A stretch of DNA of 64,000 nucleotides. Origin: the human T2T-CHM13v2.0 reference genome, Homo sapiens. The stretch lies in NCBI RefSeq assembly GCF_009914755.1, contig NC_060947.1, one strand, 5' to 3'. The notes beneath the pieces are model-generated. The model did no database searches. It worked only from the letters and a program-made list of their open reading frames with translations, and was not told the origin of the DNA. The position numbers were made by a program, and so were the translations under genes. Of the stretch, positions 1-20,654 are shown in pieces. Position 1 is the stretch's first letter. Each line of letters starts with the position of its first letter.

Positions 1-465
1 CAATATTCGTTGCACGGACCTCTGATCTTGTCAGAACAACCAGACCTGATTGTGAGTAATTTGTCCAGTTCCACCCAGCTGGGTGCTGAGGTTCAGTGAA
101 CGTCACTGGCTCTTACTATTACTCATGCCATTTCTTATCTTGGAGAGATGCCGTTGGAACAATTTAGGATCTCTCCTCTAACTCGTCTGATTTTCATTGA
201 CCTGAAAATTCTTTCAACATACTGACATAAAGCCAATTGAGAAGCATCCACAAATGCTATGAATAAAACAACATTGCTATCTGCATTAAATTAATACCCG
301 ATTTAAGCATAGTCTTGAAAAGAAAAAAAAGAAGGCTTACAAGTTCAGAAATGAATTGTGGTCATTATATGGATAATGTTAATAAAGTAATTCAAATGTT
401 GAAACAATGTACAATTATCATCTGTACTTCATAAGCCAACTTTTATTAAAGCAAGAGTAATTTAA

Positions 466-771
466 TTTTTTTTTTAAGAGATAAGGTCTCACTGTGTTGC
501 CCAGGCTGGAGTGCAGTGGTGCAATCATGGCTCACTGAAGCCTTGACCTCCCAGGCTCAGCCTCCCAAGTAGATAGAACTATGGGCACTTGCCACCATGC
601 CTGGCTAATAAAAACAACAACAACAACAACAAAACAAACAAACAAAAACTTTATAGAATTGGAATCTCGTTGTGTTGTCCTGGATGGATTTGAATTCTTG
701 GGCTCAAGCAACCCTCCCACCTCGGCCTCCCAGAGTGTTAAGATCACAGGCATGAGCCACTGCACCTGGCC
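466..771 (-). mobile_element. AluJ with atypical (AAC)n/(AAAC)n central linker
   Basis: Poly-T head, GCCCAGGCTGGAGTGCAGTGG, J-type GCTCAAGC/CCTCCCACCTC, ends GAGCCACTGCACCTGGCC. Confidence 0.9.
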
Positions 772-804
772 CTAAGATAGGAGTAAATGAGGCAAGTGGT
801 ATCA

Positions 805-1170
<366 letters not shown>

Positions 1171-1271
1171 TTATTATCAATTTAACCCAGGGTTTCGTCG
1201 TTATCCTCTTCATTTTCCTGAAATGGCTGGTCCTCCAGCAGTCACTCAATCATTTCCCAGATATTCTGTGA

Positions 1272-1579
<308 letters not shown>

Positions 1580-1756
1580 ATTCTGTGATTTCTTTAAGGG
1601 AGCATGGTCATTTATTTTTACATACGGAAATACATTCATGAGATTTACTCCAGACACACTTATCAATATTACAAGACATATTTGAAAACCCAGATGTGTT
1701 CCCTAAAGTATATCCTGGATAGCTGAGTCACATAAAATTCTTTAAAATCAAGCAAA

Positions 1757-1860
1757 ATATATGTATGTATATATATATATATGCATACATACACATATAT
1801 AAATTGTATAAGCTTAAGAATTCAAATTCTTAAGTCTCCCTGACACACACACACACACAC
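1757..1860. repeat. (TA)n and (CA)n microsatellites
   Basis: TATATA run ~1768-1781; (AC)9 at 1843-1860. Confidence 0.85.
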
Positions 1861-1911
1861 AAAAATTAAAGCTTTAAGTGTTTTGTATTTTCCATTTAAA
1901 AGGCATTTTCT

Positions 1912-2234
<323 letters not shown>

Positions 2235-2407
2235 CTACATTCTCTGGCAAGTGATAGAGAAAATTACACAAACATTTTTATCTTTGGACAAGAAGATCTA
2301 AAATACAACATTTAGCCAAGAGAAGTGAAAACAGAGGAATTTCGGACAGCTCGCCTCCTTACATGTGGCACTAACTTCCCCGCTTGTGAAATCACTATCT
2401 CATAATC

Positions 2408-2639
2408 CAGGATCTCACAACCTCAGCACTGTGGACATTTGGGGTTGTTGGGGGGTCTCTGTGGCGCGGCGATCCTGGTCACAGTAGCCCCCTTGTTATT
2501 CTCTTGACCAACATCCCTGAGATCTACCCACCAGATTCAGGTAGCCGCGCCCCCCCTTCCATAGTTGTGACAATCAAAATGTCTCCAGACACTGACAGAG
2601 GCCCCCTGGGGCAAAATCACCCCCAGTTGTGAATAATTG
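2408..2639 (-). mobile_element. MER20 (hAT-Charlie DNA transposon fossil)
   Basis: CAACCTCAGCACTGTGGACATTTGGG...GTTGTGACAATCAAAATGTCTCCAGACA...GGGGCAAAATCACCCCCAGTTG matches reverse MER20 consensus. Confidence 0.85.
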
Positions 2640-2714
2640 CTCTAATCCAAATAAATGAGAATAATGTTCAATCTATCTGAAAATCATAAATTCTGACAAA
2701 CAGCTATTAATTAA

Positions 2715-3195
<481 letters not shown>

Positions 3196-3356
3196 AAATG
3201 GTACCCACAAAAATGGTTCCTTTCATTTTGTGCTAAGCCTTACGTCACGGGGGATATAAACAGCATGTCCAGTGTTTAACAAGCCTAAGAGATGCAGAAG
3301 GCCCAAGGGCAGGTACAGTTCACAAAGAGGGGGATGGTCTGTAAAAGATTAGGTGA

Positions 3357-3810
<454 letters not shown>

Positions 3811-3866
3811 TCCTTACAGTTATTTCTTGATTATACGCTAAACAAGGGGTGGATTATTCATGAGTT

Positions 3867-3896
3867 TTCCAGGAAAGGGATGGGCAATTCCCAGAA
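3867..3896. promoter_or_regulatory. Tandem GAS (STAT) motifs in MER41B
   Basis: TTCCAGGAA at 3867-3875 and TTCCCAGAA at 3888-3896 both fit TTCN3GAA; activity not shown. Confidence 0.55.
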
Positions 3897-3947
3897 CTGA
3901 GGGTTCCTCCCCTTTTTAGACCATATAAGGTAACTTCCAGGTATTGC

Positions 3948-4274
3948 TGTTGCAGGACTTTCTCCTTAGTTCAGATAAAAGCCAGGTTCTTGCCACATGG
4001 CCATGATTAGGCTCGCAGACATTTTGAAGAGTGAGAAAAATGGAATTTATTGGGCAAAAAGGAAAAAAAGAGAAACAGGGACTCTCAGCAAAGCGAGAGT
4101 CCCTGCTAGCTGGTCTCCCCCTCACAGATTGAATCCTGGATTCCACCTGAAACAGAAGAGGCCAGTCTCCTCCCCGCTGCAAAGGGCGTGAACTCCGTGG
4201 CTCCAGCCCATTTTCCCAGTGCCCGCACAGTGGTTGGAGTTTCTCCGGGGACCGCTTTATACTTGACTGTCTCA
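3948..4274 (-). mobile_element. MER61-family ERV1 solo LTR
   Basis: TG...CA termini, perfect 4-bp TSD TTGC (3944-3947 and 4275-4278), minus-strand AATAAA ~4046-4051, MER61-like TGAGACAG start. Confidence 0.8.
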
Positions 4275-4623
4275 TTGCCATGGCATTTGTCAACTGTCAT
4301 GCTGCTGGTGGGAGTGTCTTTTAGTGTGCTAATGTATTATTATTAGTGTATAATGAGCCATGAGGATGACCAGAGGTCACTCTTGTCACCATCTTGGTTT
4401 CGGTGGGATTTGGCCGGCTTCTTTACTGCATGCCATTTTATCCGCAAGGTCTTTATAACCTGTATCTTGTGCCGACCTCCTGTCTCATCCTGTGACTAAG
4501 AATGCCTAGCCTCCTGGGAATGCCACCCAGTAGGTCTCAGCCTTATTTTACCCAGCGGCTACTCAAGATGGAGTTGCTCTGGTTCAAATGCCTCTGACAG
4601 TGGGATGGAGCAGGTTCTCCCTT

Positions 4624-5975
<1,352 letters not shown>

Positions 5976-5977
5976 CA

Positions 5978-6120
5978 CACCTTCAGAAGGAACCAACCCC
6001 ACCGACACTTTGATCTCAGACTTCTTCTGGCCTCCAGAACTGTAAGAACAGTAAGTTTCTGAGGTGGAGCTCACCCAGCCTGTGGTACTTGGTGAAGGCA
6101 GCCGTGAGAAATGCATACAG
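5978..6120 (+). mobile_element. MLT1 (MaLR LTR) 3' fragment
   Basis: TTCAGAAGGAACCAACCCCACCGACACTTTGATCTCAGACTTC...CCTCCAGAACTGTAAGA. Confidence 0.75.
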
Positions 6121-6371
6121 CTCATTTGCACAAAAGGCAGAGAGTTTGAATCATTTGTAGAACTGGAGATGGGGCTTCCTCCAGGTGGAACTGCTTGTGA
6201 AAGTTAGAGGTGTAGAAAGGAGAGAGGGCATTTGCGGGTGTCTTTGTGAGTGATGCTAAGGACAGATATTAAGGAAGACAGTTGCAGAGACAAACTACTC
6301 ACAAGACATGAGGAAGTTAAAAAGGCAAAGGATGATAAGAGTTCATTTTCCACAAAAGAGTCAGACTCAGA

Positions 6372-6528
6372 TTTTTTTTTTTTGAAATAGGGTCTCCCTC
6401 TGTCTCCCAGGCTGGAGTGCAGTGATGCGATCACAGCTCACTGCAGCCTCGAATACCTGTGCTCAAGCAATCCCCCTGCCTCAGCCTCCCAAAGTGCTGG
6501 GATTACAGGCGTGCACCACTGCATACAG
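6372..6528 (-). mobile_element. Alu monomer (FRAM/FAM-like)
   Basis: Single-arm element; flanks AGACTCAGA / AGATTCAGA. Confidence 0.8.
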
Positions 6529-6818
6529 CAGAGATTCAGAATATAGTGGGAACTGGAGTCCCAGGTCCTCCATGGAGTTGCTGGAGGCCAGCTATCGGGC
6601 AAGCTGCAGATCCCATGGAGATGGCTGAGGGCACGTTTGGCAATTTTACATTCTAGGTCATCTCAGCCATGTGATGGGAAAAGGCTTCAGTCCCAGCAGA
6701 TCACCAGGATTGGCCTTCACGGAGCGGAGGGCTGGAGAGTTGAGGATGAGAAGTGAATGTAGGGCTGTGTCAAGGGGAAGTAGAAATCCATGATGCTATT
6801 CTTTAAAATCCTGAAGTT

Positions 6819-7230
6819 GGCCAGGCGGGGTGGCTCATGCCTGTAATCCCAGCTCTTTGGGAGGCCGGGGTGGGCAGATCACTTGAGGTTATGAGTTCGA
6901 GGCCAGCCTGGCCAACATAGCAAAACCCCATCTCTACTAAAAATATACACGCACAAAAAAAATTAGCCAGGCATGGTGGCACACACCTGCAATCCCAGGT
7001 GCTTGGGAAGCTGAGGCATGAGAACATAGTGAGACCCTGTCTGTACAAAAATTAAATTTAAAAAAATTAGCTACAAGTAGTGATGTGTGGCTGTAGTCCC
7101 AGCTACTCAGGAGGCTGAGTGGGGAGGATCATTTGAGTCCACGAGTTGGAGGCTGCAGTGAGCTATGATGGTGTCACTGCACTCCAGCCTGGGTGACAGT
7201 GAGACCCTGTCTCTAAATAAACAAACAGAA
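6819..7230 (+). mobile_element. Fused AluS/AluJ remnant
   Basis: AluS right arm breaks at GAGGCATGAGAA and continues as AluJ left-arm end AACATAGTGAGACCCTG plus a right arm. Confidence 0.85.
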
Positions 7231-7261
7231 AAATGATACTGTGTCTCAACAATTGACAAAA

Positions 7262-7434
7262 CAATTACACTGTATTAGGTATTATAAGTAGAGATGGCTT
7301 AAAGTGTATGGGAGGATATGCCTGGGTGATATGCAGATACTGCATCGTTTGCTACAAGGGGCTTGAGCATCCTTGGATTTTGATATCAGTGGAAGTCCGA
7401 GAACCAACTCCCTGAGGATATTGAGGGCCAGCTG
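7262..7434 (+). mobile_element. MER2/Tigger3 (TcMar-Tigger) terminal fragment
   Basis: TGTATTAGGTATTATAAGT...GGGAGGATATGC...CTTGAGCATCCTTGGATTTTGATATC...GAGGGCCAGCTG. Confidence 0.8.
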
Positions 7435-8224
7435 CACACACAGATGAGAAGGAATTAGGCCACTCAGTCAGTCTTCTCCGAAAGAAGTCTTTGTTCTGCC
7501 AAAAAGACAAAGCCGGTGTGTTCTCAGGCTGGCAAGACCCTCCCACTTCTCTCCCTCGGGGAGAGCAGACCTGGGTACCTACCACCTTTGAGTTGATGTT
7601 CTCTGCCTATAGCCCTTCCCCAGGGCTCTCTGCCCCAGCCCCCTCCTCCTCCAAGCCAGCACAGGCCATGCACCCCCTCCTCTGCGCAGAAGAGCCTGGG
7701 ATGCAGGGGGAACAGTCAGAGAATAGTCTAAACCACGTGCAAAAATGCAGGCCTGGTGACTTCTGCCCCTTGGGGCGGTCTTCCCACATGGGACTGTTTG
7801 TGCCATGTTTGGTCTTTTACCCATGTGGTTGGAGATACTTTGAGTACAGGGTCAAAGGGACTCATTTCCACGTGCCTGTTTTTGTCTTCAGCAAATGGCT
7901 GGATTCCCTGTTTAGGATCTGGGGGCATCTCGCTCTTGCTTCCAGCTCTCCAGTGCATGGATACTTTCCTAAAAGTAGACAAAATGTCAGTTCTTTCCAA
8001 ATTCACTGCAGAGAATGGAGGAGAACAGAGTAGCCTTCCCACATGGAGAAGTTTTCTCTTTTACGCCCAGCGCCCATTGCATTGACACAGACAGTTTCGG
8101 TTTCCCAAGAAAACGTTTTCAAGCTGCCTTCATGACTCCTTGGAACTCAAATGCGCAGCTCAGAAGCCGCGGGATGCAGCGGATGCGTCACTAGAGGTAC
8201 TTGAAAACTTCAGTAACACGCTTA

Positions 8225-10860
<2,636 letters not shown>

Positions 10861-10871
10861 CAAGCAAAGTG

Positions 10872-13410
<2,539 letters not shown>

Positions 13411-14041
13411 GCACAAAACAAAAACACACACAGACAACATAATATACAGTGTAGAGATGAGACACATCACTAAACTACATATAAAACAAATTGATGAATA
13501 ACATAAGTGGTTAACATAAATTCTGGGTTGAGAGAGGCACACAAGGCCCTTTTGAGGTATGGGATGCATGTTTTGATTTAAATTGCATTTATGTAGGTGT
13601 TCGTTCTATTATTCTTGAACTGTACAAAATACGATATACTCACCCATGAGTGAAAGGAAAAGAAAATAATTCTACCAGCTGATTTACTCACACTGTAGTG
13701 ATGGGACTTTTTCAGCAATTTTGATGTCATGTGATTGCGTCAAGAAGTCAATCAGAATTTCAGAACTGGAACAGACCAGGAACAAAGATATCCATGAAGA
13801 AAATAACCTCAAAATTACAGTCAGTGGTAGGACTGTTGAGAACCAGCTTGTTTTTTTGTTTTTGTTTTTGTTTACATTTTCCCACCCTGTTTTGTGACGC
13901 AACACATCCTAGATACCAGTGGACATCCCTCAAAGGTGTTAACTTTCTCTACTCAAGAAGACAAGTGGACTTCATGTCATGTGAAGCTATTTTAAAATAT
14001 CTTGTCCTTTTAAGAATGAAAACAACTTATTTTATGAGTCC

Positions 14042-14343
14042 ATTTATTTTATTTATTTTTGAGACAGGGTCTCACTCTGTCACCCAGGCTGGAGTGCGGT
14101 GGTGCCATCACGGCTCAATGCAGCCTCTGTCTCCTGGGCACAGATGGTCCTCCCACTTCAGCCTCCTGAGTAGCTGGGACTACAGGCATGCACCACCACA
14201 CCTGGCTATTTAAAAAATATTTTTGTAGAAATGGGGTCTTGCTATATTGCCCAGGCTGATCTTGAACTCCTAGGCTCAAGCAATGTACCCACTTCAGCCT
14301 CCCAAAGTGCTGAGATTACAGATGTGAGCCACTGCACCTGGTC
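14042..14343 (-). mobile_element. AluJ
   Basis: Diverged dimer with J diagnostics. Confidence 0.9.
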
Positions 14344-14445
14344 ATCCATTTTAATTATTTTCATGTACTTAATGAAATAACCTAAAATTCAACTAATAAC
14401 CCAAATAAGACATACTATCAGGTCTTGGTAAGAAATGAGAGTCTT

Positions 14446-14980
14446 AGCTGGACACGGTGGCTGATGTCTATAATCCCAGAAATTTAGGAGGCTAAGGTGA
14501 GATGACTGCTCGAGCCCGGGAGTTTGAGACCAGCCTGGGCAACATAGTGAGACCCGATTTCTACAAAAAAATACAAAAACGAGCTGGGCATGGTGGCATG
14601 TGCCTGTGGTCCCAGCTACTCGGGAGATGGAGGTGGGAAGATCTCTTGAGCAGGGGGCTAAAGGCTGCAGTGACCCATGATCCAGCCACTGCACTCCAGC
14701 CTGTGCTACAGGGTGAGACCGCATCTCAAAAAAAAAAAAAAAAAAAAAAATGAGAGTCTTACCAGCCTGACCAATATGGTGAAACCCCATCTCTACTAAA
14801 AATACAAAAATTAGCCAGGCGTGGTGGCGCATGCCTGTAATCTGAGGTAGAGCCTGAGGCAGGAGAATTGCTTGAACCTGGGAGGCAGGGGTTGCAGTGA
14901 GCTGAGATTGGGCCACTGCATTCCAGCCTGGGCGACAGAGTGAGACTCTGTCTCAAAAAAAAAAAAAAAAAAAAAAAAAA
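14446..14980 (+). mobile_element. AluJ (14446-14750) and 5'-truncated AluS (14761-14980) at one target site
   Basis: AAATGAGAGTCTT occurs three times, bracketing both elements. Confidence 0.9.
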
Positions 14981-15189
14981 GAAATGAGAGTCTTGAATAT
15001 TAAAGCCAGTGTAGTACTTGCAATATAACATGATTTTCAAGTGGCACTTTAAAGACTTCCTTAATTCTTACTATTTCCTTGTAAAATTTCAGAGTCTAAA
15101 ATGCATTTTATAGAGTAAAAGTAATAAAAAGTGAATTCATTTCTACACCACCCCCCAATCTAATCGTCTTCGTTCTCTCTTTCACACTT

Positions 15190-15197
15190 TCTCTCTC

Positions 15198-15234
<37 letters not shown>

Positions 15235-15245
15235 ATATATATATC
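15190..15245. repeat. Compound microsatellite (CT)n(ATCT)8(AT)n
   Basis: Read directly; (ATCT)8 at 15201-15232. Confidence 0.95.
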
Positions 15246-15279
15246 TCTTACGTACATATTCTGTTTAGTCCTCTCAGGC

Positions 15280-15580
15280 ACTAATTTGGACGTCATCTTT
15301 ATCTTCCTCTTGTTTTTTACAATGCAGAATCGGTCACCACATCCTCTTGACTTTGCTTTTATCAGCACCATCATGGTGGAGACTTTCCTGTCTATCTCTG
15401 TCATTCATCTCCTGCCCAGGACTACTTCAGCTCATGACCACAGACTTGCCATACCCTTCCTGTAGCTTTCTCTTTAAAGCGTCAACCCCACCCCCCACCA
15501 CAGCTTCCAGAATCATTTTTCTTAGATATTGCTGAGGTCATCATGCAATTAATTACTCAGAAAAGCTTTCTGGTTCCGTT
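15280..15580 (+). mobile_element. L2 fragment (a second L2 3' end lies at ~17440-17625)
   Basis: Degenerate L2-like TCATCTCCTGCCCAGGACTAC...CCACAGCTTCCAGAATCATTTTTCT. Confidence 0.5.
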
Positions 15581-15589
15581 GGTGAAAAA

Positions 15590-16504
<915 letters not shown>

Positions 16505-16957
16505 TCAGTCCCTGCTATGAACATGAGTGCGTATGTACTGTTTTGCATCTCACTGCTTTTATTTCTTTGGGGTACATATTTGGGAGTGTCAGACTTTTTC
16601 TTAATCTTATTTTTTCTGGCACATTATCTCACCTTTACTCTCAGCTCTCTCCGGCGTCCATGAATCTAGATCTTTGCTTATTCATCACTGGTTAAAATTA
16701 CAAGTAAGTTTGTCCAAGTTGTCGAGATGTGTTCATCTGGCTGCAAGGAGTAGGAGGAGAATTCTTCTGACAAGCACTGCTGTGCAAAGCTCCTGTCTCC
16801 AGCCCCGCCTGTGTCTGCACCTTGAGAGCCACCTGCTGTCTCCCATTCCTGAGATGGTTAAGATTTCTGGGACTTCTTGTTGGGTTGTCCTGTGTATTGC
16901 CATGAGTTCATTGCCTCCATCTCCGTCCTGCCTGCCATGACAGTTACTGCTAGCTTA

Positions 16958-17293
16958 GAGTCCTAGTCCATTTGGGCTGGGAGGCTTGTAGACAACAGAT
17001 GTTTATTGCTCATGGTTCTGGAGGCTGGAGGTCCAGGAGCAAGGTGTGGCAGATTCAGTGTCTGGTGAGGGCTTCCTGGTTCATAGATGGCACCTTCTCG
17101 CTGTGTCCTCACATGGTGGAAAGGGTGAGGGAGCTTTCTGGGGTCCCTTTTCTAAGGGCACTGATCCCATTCATGAGGCCCCACCCTCATGACATCAGCA
17201 CCTCCCAAAGGTCCCACCTCCTAACCTCATGACTTTGGGGGTTAGCATTTCAACATAGGAATTTTGGGGGTCACACACATTCACACCGCAGCA
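16958..17293 (-). mobile_element. MLT1A MaLR LTR
   Basis: TTTATTGCTCATGGTTCTGGAGGCTGG...TTCCTGGTTCATAGATGGCACCTTCTCGCTGTGTCCTCACATGGTGGAA...ACATTCACACCGCAGCA. Confidence 0.85.
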
Positions 17294-17370
17294 TCCATCT
17301 GCCTCCAAGCCTTCTAAAGGTCATCCTCGTCTTTTGTCTGCTGAGGGGGAAAAAGAGAGACAGACACCCA

Positions 17371-17381
17371 TGCGCGCGTGC

Positions 17382-17413
<32 letters not shown>

Positions 17414-17414
17414 A
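17371..17414. repeat. (CG)n/(CA)n alternating purine-pyrimidine tract
   Basis: TGCGCGCGTGCACACACA... Confidence 0.9.
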
Positions 17415-17777
17415 GCAAAGATAAACTATTTTGTTAAATTTGCTACGTGCTATGTACTATGTCTAACAGTAAGTCCTGGTTATTTGTTCATAAACCTGCA
17501 TTTCCCATTAGACTATATCATCTGGAAAGGAGAATATAATGTTTCCCTCAGCCTTTTTATTTCTGACTCTCAGCATACTGCCTCAAAACAGGAGCGATCA
17601 GAACGTGTTCATTAAGTAGGCAGACGTGTCTCATCAATGCCAATGTTAATTAGCATCTAGAGGTCCAGGTATCTCTCCTACTGCTTAAACATGCTACATC
17701 GAAAATTAGAGAAATGAAACCAAGCTTGCTTCTATGTGTGAGAAAAGAGGGGATAAATGGCTTGAAATGAGAATGAT

Positions 17778-18080
17778 ATTTTTTCTCTTTTTCTTGAGAC
17801 AGGGTCTTGCTCTGTTGCCGAGGCTGGAGTGCAATGGTGCAATCATGTCTCACTGCAGCCTTGACCTCCCAGGCTCAAGTGATCCTCCCACCTCAGCCCC
17901 CTGAGTAGCTGGGTCCATGGGTATGCAGCCCCTCATCAGGCAAATTCTTTTTGTATTTTTAGTAGAGACAGGGTTTTGCCATGTTGCCCAGGCTGGTCTC
18001 AAACTTTGGACTCAAGAGACCTGCCCCCGCTTGGCCTCTCAAAGTGCTGGGATTACAGGTGTGAGCCACCGCGCTCAGCC
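17778..18080 (-). mobile_element. AluJ
   Basis: TSD TGAAATGAGAATG on both sides. Confidence 0.9.
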
Positions 18081-18229
18081 TGAAATGAGAATGTTTTACT
18101 CAAATATAGGAGAACCTCTAAGTTTCTGGGTCTCCGTGAGACTGGGAGGAAAATGGCTCGCATTGTTGTGACATTTCAGTGTGTGAAGGGGGAAGAGAAA
18201 AGACTCTAGAATAGTGGGGGCTGGGGAGG

Positions 18230-19055
<826 letters not shown>

Positions 19056-19239
19056 TTAACGGTAACCCCCATGCACTCTTGCTGGTAATGTCTTAGAAAA
19101 CTGGATTTGAGGAAATGAGGGCAATTTGAGCATGAGGGAGACATGGAATTCAGGAACTGATGCAGCTAACGTGAAGAAATTTGGGGGGAATTTTCAGGAT
19201 GACCATAAAAATAACATCCTGCACACAGTGAGTAGGGAG

Positions 19240-19400
19240 CTAGCCTTAACATTTTACAACCACGATCACATTTAATGCACGTGACTATTATTATTCTCAT
19301 TTTCCAACCAGTCATGGAAACTGAGCTGCAGAGACGCAGACTTATCTGATCAAGATACCACAAGAAGCAATCCAGGCTACAAACCCAGGCTGTTTGGAAA
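19240..19400 (-). mobile_element. MIR fragment
   Basis: TATTATTATTCTCATTTT...GGAAACTGAGCTGCAGAGA...AAACCCAGGCTGTTTG core motifs. Confidence 0.6.
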
Positions 19401-19747
19401 CGGGATGTCCTGGGGACAGTAGCTCTGGGGGTGTCTTAGAAAGCCTTGAATCCAGGTTGGAGAAGGAAGTTGTAGGGTCCCAGGAGGCTGTGTTCACCAT
19501 CATGATGTGACTACCTTAGGTGTTAACGGTATTTGGAAGGGATTTTCAGTCTCGTAATAAGTCTGTGAAAAGAATTTTAGAAGGCAAACCATGAACAGCT
19601 AGCAAGCTTAGGAAATTCAAGAATGTATACAAGGAAGGGAAGTTAGGCACATCTCAGTATTTAGAGAACTCACATAATGTAAGTTTGGGTATTCATTTAG
19701 TAAACATTGGTGATGTAGCCATATCAGGAAGCTGAATAGAAAGGAAA

Positions 19748-19779
<32 letters not shown>
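19748..19779. repeat. (TG)n microsatellite
   Basis: Read directly. Confidence 0.95.
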
Positions 19780-20047
19780 CAGGCACTTGAGGGAATGGTG
19801 ATTGGGCAAAAAACGAAAAGCCATCATCCTACAAACAGAAAGTTAATAGATACCATCTAAAGTTAAGAAACACAAGAGATTTCTGGGCAAATATGTTATT
19901 TCAAAATATAAAGTAGATCCCAGAAAAAAAATAGGAGTGAACCTTGAGGGCAAGACATAAGCTTAAGGTTTGGCTTCATCTTTTGAGCTTTATACATGTA
20001 TCACTTTGACAAGAATAAAAAGAATAAAAACTACATTTAAAATTAGA

Positions 20048-20653
20048 GGCCAGTCATGGTGGCTCACTTCTGTAATCCCAGAGTTTTAGAGGCTGAGGTA
20101 GGAGGATCGCCAGAGGCTAGGAGTTTGAGACCAGTCTGGGTAACACAGTAAGACCCTGTCTCTACAAAAAAATTAAAATTGGTTTTGTGTATGATGGTAT
20201 GTGCCTGTGGTCCCAGCTACTCGGGTGGGTGAGGTGGGAGAAAACTTCAGCCCAGGAGTTCAAGAGTTCAGTGAGCTGTGATTGCACCACTGCATTCCAG
20301 CTTGGGTGACAGAGTGGAGACCGTGTCTCTAAAATAAATAAGTAAGTAAATAAAATTAAATTAAAGAAGAAGTATTCTTTTCTTTTTTTGTGACAGAGTC
20401 TCGCTCTGTCGCCCAGGCTGGAGTACAGTGGCGTGATCTCGGCTCCTGGGTTCAAGTGATTCTCCTGCCTCAGCCTCCCGAGTAGCTGGGATTACAGGCG
20501 CCTGCCACCATGCCTGGTTCATTTTTGTAGTTTTAGTAGAGACAGGGTTTCACCATGTTTGTCAGGCTGGTCTCAAACTCATGACCTCAGGTGATCCGCC
20601 CGCCTCGGCCTCCCAAAGCGCTGGGATTACAGGCATGAACCACCGCGCCTGGC
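20048..20653. mobile_element. AluJ (+, 20048-20360) and AluS (-, 20375-20653) tail-to-tail
   Basis: Two dimers in opposite orientation with adjacent tails. Confidence 0.9.
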
Positions 20654-20654
20654 C

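Larger units (their letters stand above)
3815..4599 (-). mobile_element. MER41B ERV1 solo LTR (3'-truncated), with nested MER61
   Basis: Ends GCCTCTGACA (reverse of TGTCAGAGGC start); has the B-type segment AAACAAGGGGTGGATTATTCATGAGTTTTCCAGGAAAGGG...TTCCCAGAACTGAGGG. Confidence 0.85.

Noticed and set aside
3948-4274. p53 response element in MER61
   Set aside because: Some MER61 subfamilies carry p53 sites, but the CATG cores here (CCACATGGCC, GGCCATGATT) fit RRRCWWGYYY poorly.
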